Part shown: positions 19,226 through 28,651 of the stretch, piece by piece
How the letters are laid out: each line of letters starts with the position of its first letter
Position numbering within the stretch: the stretch's first letter is position 1
Origin: an uncultured Candidatus Saccharibacteria bacterium
Lineage (GTDB): Bacteria; Patescibacteriota; Minisyncoccia; UBA6257; WO2-44-18
Length of the DNA: 64,000 nucleotides
Direction: 5' to 3'
Assembly (NCBI GenBank): GCA_964637575.1
Contig: CAZWVU010000002.1
Location: 18,824 to 82,823 of the forward strand
The notes under the pieces: model-generated
Told to the model about the DNA's origin: nothing
Database searches by the model: none
What the model saw: the letters and a program-made list of their open reading frames with translations, nothing else
Program-made: the position numbers and the translations under genes

Positions 19226-19654
19226 TTACTTAAGCCCCTTTAGAATCTTCTTTGCGGCCTTGTTTTGTTCACGATCGTACTTATTTGCTTCCTTTTGCCG
19301 CCGGCGCTCTTCCTGGCGCCGCTTTTTATTTTCCGCCTCCTCTTCGGCTTTCCGCTTTTTGTCGCATAGGATGTCGTATAACTTTCTCCCGCCGCCGAGC
19401 TGTACAGATTCTCCGTTCCTGTACACCTTCACGTAGTAGTCCTTCACCCACGGTGACATCTCGTACATCCGCAGGAGATCGTCCTCTCGCTCGGTATAGC
19501 CGATAACAAAAGTTATCTTCTGCCCCCTGGTCGTCTTTTCAAGCTCCCAGTCCCCGCTCCTGAGCTGCTTCCATCCCCCAAGGCCGGCCGGTTTCGTCAC
19601 CAGCGCCTCAACCTTACTCGCCAATTTCTGAAGGTTTGTCGACTTCTCAGTCAT
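19226..19654 (-). CDS. hypothetical protein with ~100-aa N-terminal domain and Lys/Arg/Glu-rich C-terminal tail
   Basis: 142 aa; AAGGAGAG RBS; tail DKKRKAEEEAENKKRRQEERRRQKEANKYDREQNKAAKK. Confidence 0.6.
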   Translation of the reverse strand: MTEKSTNLQKLASKVEALVTKPAGLGGWKQLRSGDWELEKTTRGQKITFVIGYTEREDDLLRMYEMSPWVKDYYVKVYRNGESVQLGGGRKLYDILCDKKRKAEEEAENKKRRQEERRRQKEANKYDREQNKAAKKILKGLK

Positions 19655-19679
19655 TGCGCTCTCCTTTCAAAAATGCGGC

Positions 19680-20099
19680 TCAGATCGATGAAAGAATTCT
19701 CTTCAGAGTTTCCAAGAGCGAAAATTCCTTTTGGGGGTTCGGGATCATCTGCTTTTTGATTTTTTCCAGCCGAGGCTGGTCAATTGCCTCAAAGAGCTCC
19801 CCTGCCCGGTACGTAGTTTCAAAGACCAGTGGCCCGGCGCACACGCCATACCGAAGCATCGATTCAGATATGGTGCTCGCGTCGCACACATTGATCCGGT
19901 ATGTGAAGTGCTTTTCTGTTCCGATCCATTTTTCAAATTCCTGCCAGACGGTCACGCCGAAACGCTGTCCGCCGGCGTTGAAAGTGCTCATGAAGCAGAT
20001 GCCAACTCCGCCTCCGAACGTCCACTTCGTGCGCCTTCGCCGCGCAATGATACGGTCAACGATCTGCTTCTGCAGGGCCTCCTCGCATCCGGTCGTCAT
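19680..20099 (-). CDS. hypothetical protein (139 aa), first gene of minus-strand pair divergent from murC
   Basis: AAGGAAG RBS; no family recognised (TFGGGVGICFMSTFNAGG..., HFTY). Confidence 0.6.
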   Translation of the reverse strand: MTTGCEEALQKQIVDRIIARRRRTKWTFGGGVGICFMSTFNAGGQRFGVTVWQEFEKWIGTEKHFTYRINVCDASTISESMLRYGVCAGPLVFETTYRAGELFEAIDQPRLEKIKKQMIPNPQKEFSLLETLKRILSSI

Positions 20100-20137
20100 T
20101 CTTTCTTCCTTAAAGAGCTGGTAGAATAGTAAGCAAT

Positions 20138-21394
20138 ATGAAGCGTCGGGTCAACCAGGTGTATTTCATCGGCATTGGCGGGATCGGGATGTCCGCGCTG
20201 GCGCGGTACTTTTTATCCGAGGGTTGGAAGGTTTCCGGATCCGATATTGCCCGCTCCTCTACCACTGACGAACTCAAAAAAGAAGGCGTGGCGATTTACA
20301 TTGGCAAACAATCTGCAAACAATCTCCGGAGGAGCCATCCGTCGCTGGTGGTCTATAATAATGCGATCCAGAAAGATAATCCGGAGTTTACCGAAGCGAA
20401 AAAACTTGGCGTCGCGCTCCGCTCCTACCCGGAAGTTGTCGGCGAGCTGACCAAGAAGTATAAAACGATCGCGCTTGCCGGTTCACACGGTAAAAGCACC
20501 ACCACGGCCATGACCGCACTTATTTTAATGGAGGCCGGTTATGACCCAACCGTCATCATTGGCACAAAACTCAAAGAACTCGGCGGCAAGAACTTCCGGA
20601 GGGGTCGGCTGGGTTGGCTGGTCCTGGAAGCTGACGAATGGAAGGCGGCATTCCTTAACTACTCTCCTTATGTTGCGACCATCACCAATATCGATAAAGA
20701 GCACCTGGATTTTTATAAGAATTTCGCCAACGTCAAAAAAACTTTTGAGGAATTCAAAGCGCGGTGCGAGAAGGTTGTGGAACGGCCGAACAATCCGAAA
20801 CTGGCCGCCGAGATCCGGCGCATCTTGAAAATCCCCGGCGACCATAACGTTCTGAATGCGCTCAATGCCTACGCAGTGGCCGAATACGTCGGCATTTCGA
20901 AGCCGGTCATCTTAAAAGCGCTTTCAAAATATCAGGGCGCCTGGCGGCGGATGGAATACCGGGGCAAATTGAACATTAAAAATGTGAACCTTGAAATTGA
21001 CGTATTCGATGACTACGCCCACCATCCTTCCGAGGTCAGAGCCACGCTCGCCGCATTCAAACAGAAATGGCCCCGGCATCCGCTGATCTGCATATTTCAG
21101 GCACATCAGGCGCACCGACTCAAAGCGCTCTTTAAAGAGTTCAAGGACGCATTCCGGTCTGCCGATAAGGTCATTCTCTTTCCTACGTATATTGTTGCCG
21201 GCCGGGAACGGGAGTTGGATGCCACAAAGAATTCCGAAACGCTCTCAAACATTATCGGCGCGGACTATCTTCGCAATCCAAAGGATCTAAAAAAAGTAGT
21301 GGCCACGGCGATTGAAAGTTTCGGCAACCGGCCGGCAATTATCGTGATGATGGGCGCCGGGGACATTGTGAACTATACTGAATCATTACTCTAA
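20138..21394 (+). CDS. murC: UDP-N-acetylmuramate--L-alanine ligase
   Basis: YFIGIGGIGMSALA N-terminal Rossmann motif, GSHGKSTTT, Mur ligase middle/C-terminal domains. Confidence 0.93.
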   Translation: MKRRVNQVYFIGIGGIGMSALARYFLSEGWKVSGSDIARSSTTDELKKEGVAIYIGKQSANNLRRSHPSLVVYNNAIQKDNPEFTEAKKLGVALRSYPEVVGELTKKYKTIALAGSHGKSTTTAMTALILMEAGYDPTVIIGTKLKELGGKNFRRGRLGWLVLEADEWKAAFLNYSPYVATITNIDKEHLDFYKNFANVKKTFEEFKARCEKVVERPNNPKLAAEIRRILKIPGDHNVLNALNAYAVAEYVGISKPVILKALSKYQGAWRRMEYRGKLNIKNVNLEIDVFDDYAHHPSEVRATLAAFKQKWPRHPLICIFQAHQAHRLKALFKEFKDAFRSADKVILFPTYIVAGRERELDATKNSETLSNIIGADYLRNPKDLKKVVATAIESFGNRPAIIVMMGAGDIVNYTESLL

Positions 21395-22176
21395 TGTTTG
21401 ATTTTAAGAACGCCGAAGAGTTCATTGAAAAGTGCGGCTATGTCATTGACGGCATTTGGTATCCGCGCGTCACAAAAATCGTGGAAATAAAGTCCAAGCC
21501 GGCGCTCTACCGCTACTATGGCGACGCGCCAAGCTATGCCAAGGCGCAGGCAATGACCGAGCAGTCCGCCAAAGAAGGCACGATGGTACACGAAGCGGTT
21601 GAGGCAATCCTGGTCGGCAAGGATCCCGTGGTGGATCCCCTGATCGCTCCCGCTGTGGAAGCCTTCCGGAAATTCCTTGAAACTAACAGCGTAGTGGTGG
21701 AACCCGCCCATGTGGAAAAACGCATCTGGAATCCGGTGCACCGCTACGCCGGCACCATCGACACACTGGCGCTCATTGACGGCAAATTCGGCGTCCTGGA
21801 TATCAAGACTTCCGCCGGCATTTACCGCGACTATAATCTTCAGCTTTCCGCGTATATGGACGCGTTGACGCGCGATCCGGTGATGGCCGGGCTTTCCACC
21901 CGCTGGATTCTCCGGATAGACCAGAACCAGACCTGCGTGCGCTGCGCGGCTACCATGCGCAGCAAAGGCGGCCGGGAAAAGATCAAGCGTCCGTATCGCA
22001 GCAATGGAACGAAAGTGTGTCCCGAAGACGGGCACGAATGGGGGCCGATGAAAGGAATCATTGAGATAAAAGAGTTCCCCTACTGGCAGCAGGACTTTGA
22101 GGCCTTTCTTGGCGCTAAAAAACTCTGGGAATGGGAGCAGGAGTATTGGCTTAAGAAGATAGGCTATCTAAAATAG
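21394..22176 (+). CDS. PD-(D/E)XK nuclease superfamily protein, Cas4/RecB-nuclease-like with CxxC...C Cys cluster
   Basis: ATG overlaps murC stop (taATGt); motifs GTIDTLALIDG, LDIKTS (D-x-K), YNLQLSAYM (QxxxY); Cys at 14 and CVRC...VCPEDGH. Confidence 0.65.
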   Translation: MFDFKNAEEFIEKCGYVIDGIWYPRVTKIVEIKSKPALYRYYGDAPSYAKAQAMTEQSAKEGTMVHEAVEAILVGKDPVVDPLIAPAVEAFRKFLETNSVVVEPAHVEKRIWNPVHRYAGTIDTLALIDGKFGVLDIKTSAGIYRDYNLQLSAYMDALTRDPVMAGLSTRWILRIDQNQTCVRCAATMRSKGGREKIKRPYRSNGTKVCPEDGHEWGPMKGIIEIKEFPYWQQDFEAFLGAKKLWEWEQEYWLKKIGYLK

Positions 22177-22185
22177 TTCGGGCGT

Positions 22186-22212
22186 TGGAATAAAAAACCG
22201 CCAGCAATGGCG
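22186..22212. terminator. bidirectional terminator between convergent genes
   Basis: aaccgccagcaatggcggtt flanked by A-run/T-run. Confidence 0.6.
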
Positions 22213-22213
22213 G

Positions 22214-22639
22214 TTATGCGCTTTGTTTTTCTCCAAGCGTCGGGGCGATTTCTTCCACCCAGCGGGTAATGGCCTTCCGTTCGCCAAGCGAACCGATGGA
22301 TCCCCAGGACTTGCGCCATTCCGGCTCGATCCCTTTTTCCACGAACATACGGGAAAGAACGTTCAGGCGGTCAATCAGCGCGTCGTGCGCAATCTTGCGC
22401 AAATGATCTGATTCTTCAGCTTCCTGCGGGCCCAGACGCTCACCTTCCGGTTTCTGCCGGTGCGCCTGCGACTGTACTCTTTCGAAATAGTTTTTCACCG
22501 ACTGCAGCATGTCGTTATACGCTTCCTGCAGCTGCGGGTCGCTTTTGACTCCTTTTTCAATTCTGTCCAGAATCCGGAACGCTTCGGAACGCTCTTCTTC
22601 TTCGCGCTTTTCCATCATCCTCTCCATCATTAGCGACAT
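22214..22639 (-). CDS. hypothetical acidic helical protein, last gene of ATPase operon
   Basis: 141 aa, highly charged; 35 nt downstream of the ATPase gene. Confidence 0.55.
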   Translation of the reverse strand: MSLMMERMMEKREEEERSEAFRILDRIEKGVKSDPQLQEAYNDMLQSVKNYFERVQSQAHRQKPEGERLGPQEAEESDHLRKIAHDALIDRLNVLSRMFVEKGIEPEWRKSWGSIGSLGERKAITRWVEEIAPTLGEKQSA

Positions 22640-22674
22640 GGGATAGATTAATAAAAACTTATTGTTTAGTCAAG

Positions 22675-25014
22675 TTAGCCGCGGAGGCGCTTGAGAATAT
22701 CCGCCTCGACTTCCTGGCGGTTGCGGCCATAGATCTGCCGGGACTGCTCTTTTAATTTCGATGCGAGTCCCTCGATAAACCGCGGCGAGCGCAATATCAA
22801 TTTCATGTTAAATGGCCGCGAAGTCTGGCCGTTGATCAGCAACTTCACTAGCGCGTTCAGATTGTCGATATTCACGAGATCATTCTCGGTGAACACCGGC
22901 TCAAACTGTTTGATAAGAAATTTCGCATCGTCGGCGCCCACCCGGAAGACGACCTGTGAGCCGACGTTACCGAAGACCGCGTCGCGGATTTTTTCAGCAA
23001 GTTGGGCGATGAACTGATGCGCCACCACCAGATTGAGCCGGTATTTGCGCGCCTCGGAAAGGATCGTCGCAATCGAATCGGTCGTGAAATTCTGGAACTC
23101 ATCGATGTATAGATTAAAATCCTTGCGCTGTTCCTGGGGGACGTCCACCCGTGACAGCGCGGCAAGCAAAACTTTCCCTACTACTACCATCCCGAGAAGT
23201 CCCGCATTGATATCCCCTATTTTGCCCTTGGAAAGGTTTACCAAAAGAATTTTCCCCTCGTCCATGATAGTCCGGAAATTCAACGAGGAGATAGGTTGGC
23301 CGATAATCGGGCGCATGTAATCGTTGGCGATAAAGTTGTTGAACTTGGAGGTGATGTACGGCGTCATATTGGCGAGCGAAGCGTCACCGCCGGCTTTGGC
23401 TGCCTCCTTGCTCCAAAAGTCGATCACGGTCGGGTTGGTCGCCTTTTCCAGCAAGCGCTTCCGGAATTCTGGATCGGTAAAGATTCGCGGCACCTCCATG
23501 AGCGTGGCGCGTTCGCCGGCATCATCCATTAACAGCAAAAGCGCGTTCCGCATGTACTGCTCAAACATCGGCCCCATGGTTTCGGCCGTAAAAAGTTTAT
23601 TAAAAATGCTTTGCATTTCGTTCACGATGAACGTCTTCTGTTCCGGCCGGGCTGGATCGTATTCCAGCATGTTCAGCCCGAACGGTTTCTCGATGTCTCC
23701 CGGGTCAAACACGATCACATCCTTGAACCGGTCCGCGGGAATATTGCCCAGCACCTCCTCGATGAGCTCTCCATGCGGATCCACTACCGCCGCGCCTTTA
23801 CCGCTTTTAATATCCGAAATAACCATATTGGAAAGCAAGGTGGATTTACCGGTGCCGGTCTGTCCGACTATATACACATGCCTCCGGCGGTCGTCGTCGG
23901 TAATATACACCGGCTTGGTTTCGCCGCGGAATGAGCTCTCTCCTATCAGGGTGCCGCTTGCCGGTAACACCGTCGGCGGCGGGGCTTCATGGGCCTTCAC
24001 CCATTTGATTTTGGGTATTTCCGTGCCGGCGGTGGGAAGATGCCAGATTCCGGCAAGCTCGTCAGCTCCGAGAATCATGGATTGCGCCGGGTCGAACTCC
24101 CGGAATACATACTGAAAGATCAGCTTTTGCGGGTTCTTCGCCTCCACCACCTTGAATTCATTATGGCCGGGTGCGGTGAACTGATTGAAGGAGCCGGTGA
24201 GATTATACAACAATTCTTCCGCGCGGTACGGCGACACAGCTGAGCTCACGAGACGGATATTCACATCAAATAACGGCTTGGAAGCTTTCTGGGTGAGAAG
24301 TTTGGCCGCCTCTTCATCAACGATCACCGGCTCCATGGATTCTCCCGGCTTAGGCTTTTTCGGCGAGAACTGCTTTCCTGCCAGCGCGTCCATCAGCTTC
24401 GCGCCGCGCTTCAGATTATAGATAATCTTCGCGATGTTTTTCCCCGTTGAAGGCTGGGCCGGTTTCGCAGTGATCTGCAACGAGAGTCCTTCACCCGTTT
24501 GCTCCACTTTAGAGAAGTTGTTAAGGATCGGCAGAAAGGTGTCTATGCCCGCCTCGATGCATGACCGCACCGGCAGGGCGTAATGCAGTTTTTGTTTTAA
24601 AAACGCCGCCCGCGACGCTCCTTCCGAATTGAATATGGTGTAGTCCTCGGCCGGCGTTACCTGCGCGTCGTGCCACAATCCCTGGATCTGCCGCGCCGCA
24701 AAATCGAGCGCGGTTTCCGGGACCGCCAGGTAAAAATGAATGTCCTCGCCAACGTTATGCACCGAGACTTCCAGTGAAAAGGGAATTTTCAGATTGGAAA
24801 GCAGGCCAAAAAGCTGGCTTGAAAAATTAATCTCTTCCAGTGGTTTTTGCTCGGCGGCCGGTTTTTGGGAAAGACGGATGGAAAGGAGCTTCAGTTTCAA
24901 GAGATTCGCAAACCGCCGGCGGCTTCGGCTGACCGCAATAACAATACTCGCGACCGCCACCACTATCAACACCGGAACTCCGAATGAAACGGCAAGCGCA
25001 ATGATATTCTGCAT
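22675..25014 (-). CDS. membrane-anchored FtsK/HerA-superfamily ATPase, type IV coupling protein (VirD4/TraG/TraD)-like
   Basis: 779 aa; one N-terminal TM (positive residues after it); Walker A YIVGQTGTGKSTLL; Walker B NLYIDEFQNF; ARKYRLNLVVAHQFIAQL resembles coupling-protein QxxxQL block. Confidence 0.7.
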   Translation of the reverse strand: MQNIIALAVSFGVPVLIVVAVASIVIAVSRSRRRFANLLKLKLLSIRLSQKPAAEQKPLEEINFSSQLFGLLSNLKIPFSLEVSVHNVGEDIHFYLAVPETALDFAARQIQGLWHDAQVTPAEDYTIFNSEGASRAAFLKQKLHYALPVRSCIEAGIDTFLPILNNFSKVEQTGEGLSLQITAKPAQPSTGKNIAKIIYNLKRGAKLMDALAGKQFSPKKPKPGESMEPVIVDEEAAKLLTQKASKPLFDVNIRLVSSAVSPYRAEELLYNLTGSFNQFTAPGHNEFKVVEAKNPQKLIFQYVFREFDPAQSMILGADELAGIWHLPTAGTEIPKIKWVKAHEAPPPTVLPASGTLIGESSFRGETKPVYITDDDRRRHVYIVGQTGTGKSTLLSNMVISDIKSGKGAAVVDPHGELIEEVLGNIPADRFKDVIVFDPGDIEKPFGLNMLEYDPARPEQKTFIVNEMQSIFNKLFTAETMGPMFEQYMRNALLLLMDDAGERATLMEVPRIFTDPEFRKRLLEKATNPTVIDFWSKEAAKAGGDASLANMTPYITSKFNNFIANDYMRPIIGQPISSLNFRTIMDEGKILLVNLSKGKIGDINAGLLGMVVVGKVLLAALSRVDVPQEQRKDFNLYIDEFQNFTTDSIATILSEARKYRLNLVVAHQFIAQLAEKIRDAVFGNVGSQVVFRVGADDAKFLIKQFEPVFTENDLVNIDNLNALVKLLINGQTSRPFNMKLILRSPRFIEGLASKLKEQSRQIYGRNRQEVEADILKRLRG

Positions 25015-25398
25015 TTATTGTAATAACCCTCGCGTTTTCAATTCCGCATAAAGCTTGTCGGTAAGCGCGTCATGAAAGGCGTCCATTTCTATCGGACTCA
25101 TCTTCCGTGCCTCGTCCGCCGCACGCTTGATGCCGTGATGAAGTGCGAGATCCAGAAGTTTTTCTACTTTCATTTTTATCTGGGGAGACTCCTTGGCAAA
25201 GTATCCCGGGAGATGAGAGGCGTCGTCTGACGCGGGAGCGCCCGGCGCGGGAACCGGGGCAGAAGACACGGGAAACTTCTCCTGAATCAGGGTTTTGACC
25301 GCCTGCTTCCCCTTCTCCGCCAATCCCCGCTCTTTGATTTCCAGGGAGAGGTTTTTAATCTCCTGCTCCAGTGTGGAATGCTCGAATGACTGTTTCAT
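25015..25398 (-). CDS. hypothetical protein (127 aa), first gene of ATPase operon
   Basis: MKQSFEHSTLEQEIKNLSLEIKERG...; stop abuts ATPase start; the ORF-track 5' extension to 25824 overlaps the divergent GT39 gene and is discarded. Confidence 0.5.
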   Translation of the reverse strand: MKQSFEHSTLEQEIKNLSLEIKERGLAEKGKQAVKTLIQEKFPVSSAPVPAPGAPASDDASHLPGYFAKESPQIKMKVEKLLDLALHHGIKRAADEARKMSPIEMDAFHDALTDKLYAELKTRGLLQ

Positions 25399-25413
25399 AA
25401 TATACTGTATGCA

Positions 25414-26898
25414 ATGGCTAAAAAATATTTCAGCGGTGTCAATTACTGGCTGCTGATTATCATAATTATAGCAACCTTCCTCCGCTTCTACCAAATAACG
25501 GTTATTCCGCCTGGTTTGTACCCGGATGAAGCAATGAATGGGAATAATGCGCTGGAGGCGTTGAGCACAAGAGATTTCAAGGTTTTTTACCCGGAAAATA
25601 ACGGTCGCGAGGGACTTTTGATCAATATGCAGGCAATCCTGATGGGCGCTTTGCACCGGCTTAACCTGGTCAGCCCCGTGAATCAGCCGTGGGTACTGCG
25701 CCTGCCCAGCGCCTTTTTCGGCGTGCTTACTATAGTGGGCCTCTATTTTCTGACGCGGGAACTTTCCGGAAGTAAAAAACTGGCGCTGTTCGCCGCGTTT
25801 CTTATGGCGACGGGATTCTGGCATATTAATTTTTCCCGCATCGGCTTCCGGGCGATCCTCTCGCCGTTTTTCCTTGTCTGGACGGTGTATCTCTTGTTGC
25901 TTTCATACCAGAAACTTTCCGAAGGCAGGCGAAGACTTGGAGTCGCGCTTCCGCTTCTCGCGGGCGCGCTCTATGGCCTCGGCTTCTATACCTATATTGC
26001 CTACAGGGCGACGCCAATCCTTCTCGCGATCTTCATTCTGGCCTGGCTGAAAAAATTCCGCGGCACCAAAGAAAAATTGCGAGATTTTTGGCATGCGACC
26101 GGTCACTTTCTCTTTGCCGCCATCCTGGTAGCGCTTCCCATCGGCATATACTTCCTTCATCACCCCTCCGACTTCTTCGGACGTAGCAGTGAAATTTCCA
26201 TCTTTAATTCCGCCACCCCGCTTCAGGATCTGGGACTGAACATCCTGAAAACGCTTGGGCAGTTCAATATTTCCGGCGATGGAAATTGGCGGCACAATAT
26301 CGCCGGCCAACCCCTCCTTTTTTGGCCGGTAGGAATTATGTTTCTTGTGGGATTCGCGGTGGCTATTAAAAGATTCCGCTTCCCGGTATGGTGGTTTCTT
26401 ATTGCCGGCCTGCCCGTCGTAATTTCCGACGAAGGGATTCCTCACGCGCTCCGCTCTATTCTCATGGCGCCGGCGGTGTATATGCTTGCCGCAATTGGCG
26501 GACTCTGGCTCTACGAACTGATGCGCGCGAGCAAAATCTTCAGAAGCCCCATGATGCTGATAATGTTTGTTGCCGCCCTTCTCGGCCTGCTGACCCTTGA
26601 GGCGTATGCCAGCTACTTCATTATCTGGGGACACAACAAAGAAGTGCAGGGCGCTTTCGCGCAGAATTACGTGGATATCGCCCGGGATCTCAACGCTATT
26701 CCCCACGCGGTTCCGAAGTACGTCATGGTGCAGGCCGGCGGCGTGGCCGTGCGCGGCATCCCCGTGCCCGCGCAGACCGTAATGTTTCTCACCAATACCT
26801 TCCTCCCCGCCAACCAGCAGGCCAAGAATATTCATTACGTTTTGCCGACTGATTCCATACTCATTCCGCCGCGTTCCTACGTTGCAGTCATCAAATAA
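25414..26898 (+). CDS. GT-C glycosyltransferase, family 39 (PMT/ArnT-like)
   Basis: 494 aa; many TM segments; N-terminal loop ...IPPGLYPDEAMNGNNA... (DE motif) typical of ArnT/PMT. Confidence 0.7.
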   Translation: MAKKYFSGVNYWLLIIIIIATFLRFYQITVIPPGLYPDEAMNGNNALEALSTRDFKVFYPENNGREGLLINMQAILMGALHRLNLVSPVNQPWVLRLPSAFFGVLTIVGLYFLTRELSGSKKLALFAAFLMATGFWHINFSRIGFRAILSPFFLVWTVYLLLLSYQKLSEGRRRLGVALPLLAGALYGLGFYTYIAYRATPILLAIFILAWLKKFRGTKEKLRDFWHATGHFLFAAILVALPIGIYFLHHPSDFFGRSSEISIFNSATPLQDLGLNILKTLGQFNISGDGNWRHNIAGQPLLFWPVGIMFLVGFAVAIKRFRFPVWWFLIAGLPVVISDEGIPHALRSILMAPAVYMLAAIGGLWLYELMRASKIFRSPMMLIMFVAALLGLLTLEAYASYFIIWGHNKEVQGAFAQNYVDIARDLNAIPHAVPKYVMVQAGGVAVRGIPVPAQTVMFLTNTFLPANQQAKNIHYVLPTDSILIPPRSYVAVIK

Positions 26899-26936
26899 CC
26901 TGATAAGATAAGTTTAGCACTTAAGGAGAAGACTGG

Positions 26937-27341
26937 ATGAACGAACATCTGGCGTGGCAGCTTGCGATCACGCGTCCGTTGATCATGTTGGCCGCGGTGG
27001 TTCTCGCCGGACTTTTACTGAACGGCGTAGCCGGGGTCTGGAAAAAAGACGCCGCGCAATATCAGAGCAAGGCCTGGTGGTCGGTTGTCTTCGTGCTTTT
27101 GGCGGGCGGACATATCGCCGCTTTCATGCATCACCACGATTTCCCGGACTGGGCGCTTAATGCAGCCTGGGGTTTCTGGGTGGGTATCATGAGCACCGGA
27201 CTCCTCTATATCGGCGCGTACCACTTCCTTCACGTGAAGCTTGTCCGCGCATATACGCTTCTCGCCTCCGTTCTCTTCGCTGTCGTCGCCAACGCAACGC
27301 CGCTGGAGAACATGATGATCGAGTGGATCAAGAAGCTTTAA
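26937..27341 (+). CDS. hypothetical membrane protein (4 TM, His-rich loop)
   Basis: 134 aa; RBS aaggagaag; hydrophobic segments. Confidence 0.5.
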   Translation: MNEHLAWQLAITRPLIMLAAVVLAGLLLNGVAGVWKKDAAQYQSKAWWSVVFVLLAGGHIAAFMHHHDFPDWALNAAWGFWVGIMSTGLLYIGAYHFLHVKLVRAYTLLASVLFAVVANATPLENMMIEWIKKL

Positions 27342-27349
27342 AAATAAAA

Positions 27350-27378
27350 CCCCCGATTTTCGTCGGGGGATTTTTTAT
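27350..27378. terminator. bidirectional rho-independent terminator
   Basis: cccccga-ttttcg-tcggggg + ATTTTTTAT; minus-strand transporter gene ends at 27375. Confidence 0.7.
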
Positions 27379-28592
27379 ATGCTGAAATCTTCCAATGATT
27401 TTTGGAGCGATCCCAGTATTGCAAAACAGATGAACGCTGCTAGGAGCGCCTGAAGAATCGGAATGCCGAAAGGGATGAACGCGACGCTGCAGCCGACCAG
27501 CCAGGCGCACAGCGCGGGGATGCACACCCGCAGCCTGGAAAAATCAGCTTTCACAAAGTACTGATTGGCCAGCACCACGCCGATGATCGGCGAGAAAACC
27601 GTACCGAGGATCATCAGCCAGCTGTCCAGCTTGCCGACAATGCCGAGCATGGCCAGGAAAACCGATACCATCCCAAAGCCAATGGTGTAGGGTTTCCGTT
27701 TTATCTCCAGCGTCTGTTCCGTATCTTTGGGCAGAGCGGAAATAGCGGCGAAACCGGTACCCACCGGGAAGACCGCCTGGGCGCCGCAGAGATTGTCCAC
27801 GGTCAAAAGTGCATAGACCAGCACCGGGCCGCTCATCAGTTTCAGCGTCGCCAGCACATCGTAACTCTTGCCGGCGATCGCGAAGGCGGCTCCGAATCCG
27901 CCGACCAGAATGGCCGTCGGCACCATTCCCCAGAACGCGGCGAGGAACACTTTTTTCTTACTGCCGAGATCGTGGAGAAAGTCCGGGATCACCACCGCAG
28001 CGGAGATGAACGAGGCGATCAGTAGGTGTATGCCGGCGGGAAACCCGCCGCCCGCTTCGCTCTCCGGCTGATACGCCAGAAGACGCAGCGTGCCGACCTT
28101 TTTGAAGATCGCGCTCGCTCCCCAGAGCAGGAACAGGAGCATCGCCGGGATGGACACCCAGCTTAACTTCGCCATCCGTTTCAATCCACCTACCGCGAAC
28201 CACATGGTCAGGAGGCCATAGACGGCCAGCGTGACGTGGAAGGACGATGTGCCCTTCCGGAATCCGAGTACGGTCGCGAGCGCCGTGCCGCCGATCTCCA
28301 CCACCACCGCGTACCAGCCGATCTGTGAAAGCGTCGGCAGGAGCAGGATAAATTTCCCGCCGCCCGAACCGAATGCCTCACCAAACAAGACATCTTTTGG
28401 CTTTCCGCCGCCGGCGTAGAACGCGAAGATGATAGCAAATATGACATTCGCCACCGCGATCGCTCCCAGCGCTTCCGGGAACGTCAGCGTCTTCGTGAGC
28501 AATCCGCCGATGTAAAGATACCAGGCCGAGAAGATCCAAAACGAAAGCAAAACCGCCCTGCTCATCCAGCTTTTCATCCTTTGTCCTTTCAA
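27375..28592 (-). CDS. membrane transporter, purine-cytosine permease (NCS1)-like
   Basis: 405 aa, ~12 TM; overall resemblance to CodB-type permeases; family assignment is tentative. Confidence 0.45.
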   Translation of the reverse strand: MKGQRMKSWMSRAVLLSFWIFSAWYLYIGGLLTKTLTFPEALGAIAVANVIFAIIFAFYAGGGKPKDVLFGEAFGSGGGKFILLLPTLSQIGWYAVVVEIGGTALATVLGFRKGTSSFHVTLAVYGLLTMWFAVGGLKRMAKLSWVSIPAMLLFLLWGASAIFKKVGTLRLLAYQPESEAGGGFPAGIHLLIASFISAAVVIPDFLHDLGSKKKVFLAAFWGMVPTAILVGGFGAAFAIAGKSYDVLATLKLMSGPVLVYALLTVDNLCGAQAVFPVGTGFAAISALPKDTEQTLEIKRKPYTIGFGMVSVFLAMLGIVGKLDSWLMILGTVFSPIIGVVLANQYFVKADFSRLRVCIPALCAWLVGCSVAFIPFGIPILQALLAAFICFAILGSLQKSLEDFSI

Positions 28593-28651
28593 AGCGAACT
28601 GCCTCCAAAATACCCCTTTTAAATAGCCCGGTCAATTGCTATCATCTTGTT

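Noticed and set aside
22675-25398. Interpreting the ATPase operon as a conjugative/integrative element
   Set aside because: No relaxase, integrase, VirB4/VirB6, pilin or flanking direct repeats/tRNA were seen. GC content and codon style match the surroundings. I kept it as a chromosomal module of unknown role, not a mobile element.
25399-25824. 5' extension of the minus-strand ORF 25015..25824 over the GT39 gene
   Set aside because: The extension overlaps 410 nt of a well-supported membrane GT39 gene on the other strand, and its translation is Arg/Gln-rich junk. The gene was trimmed to the internal ATG at 25398.
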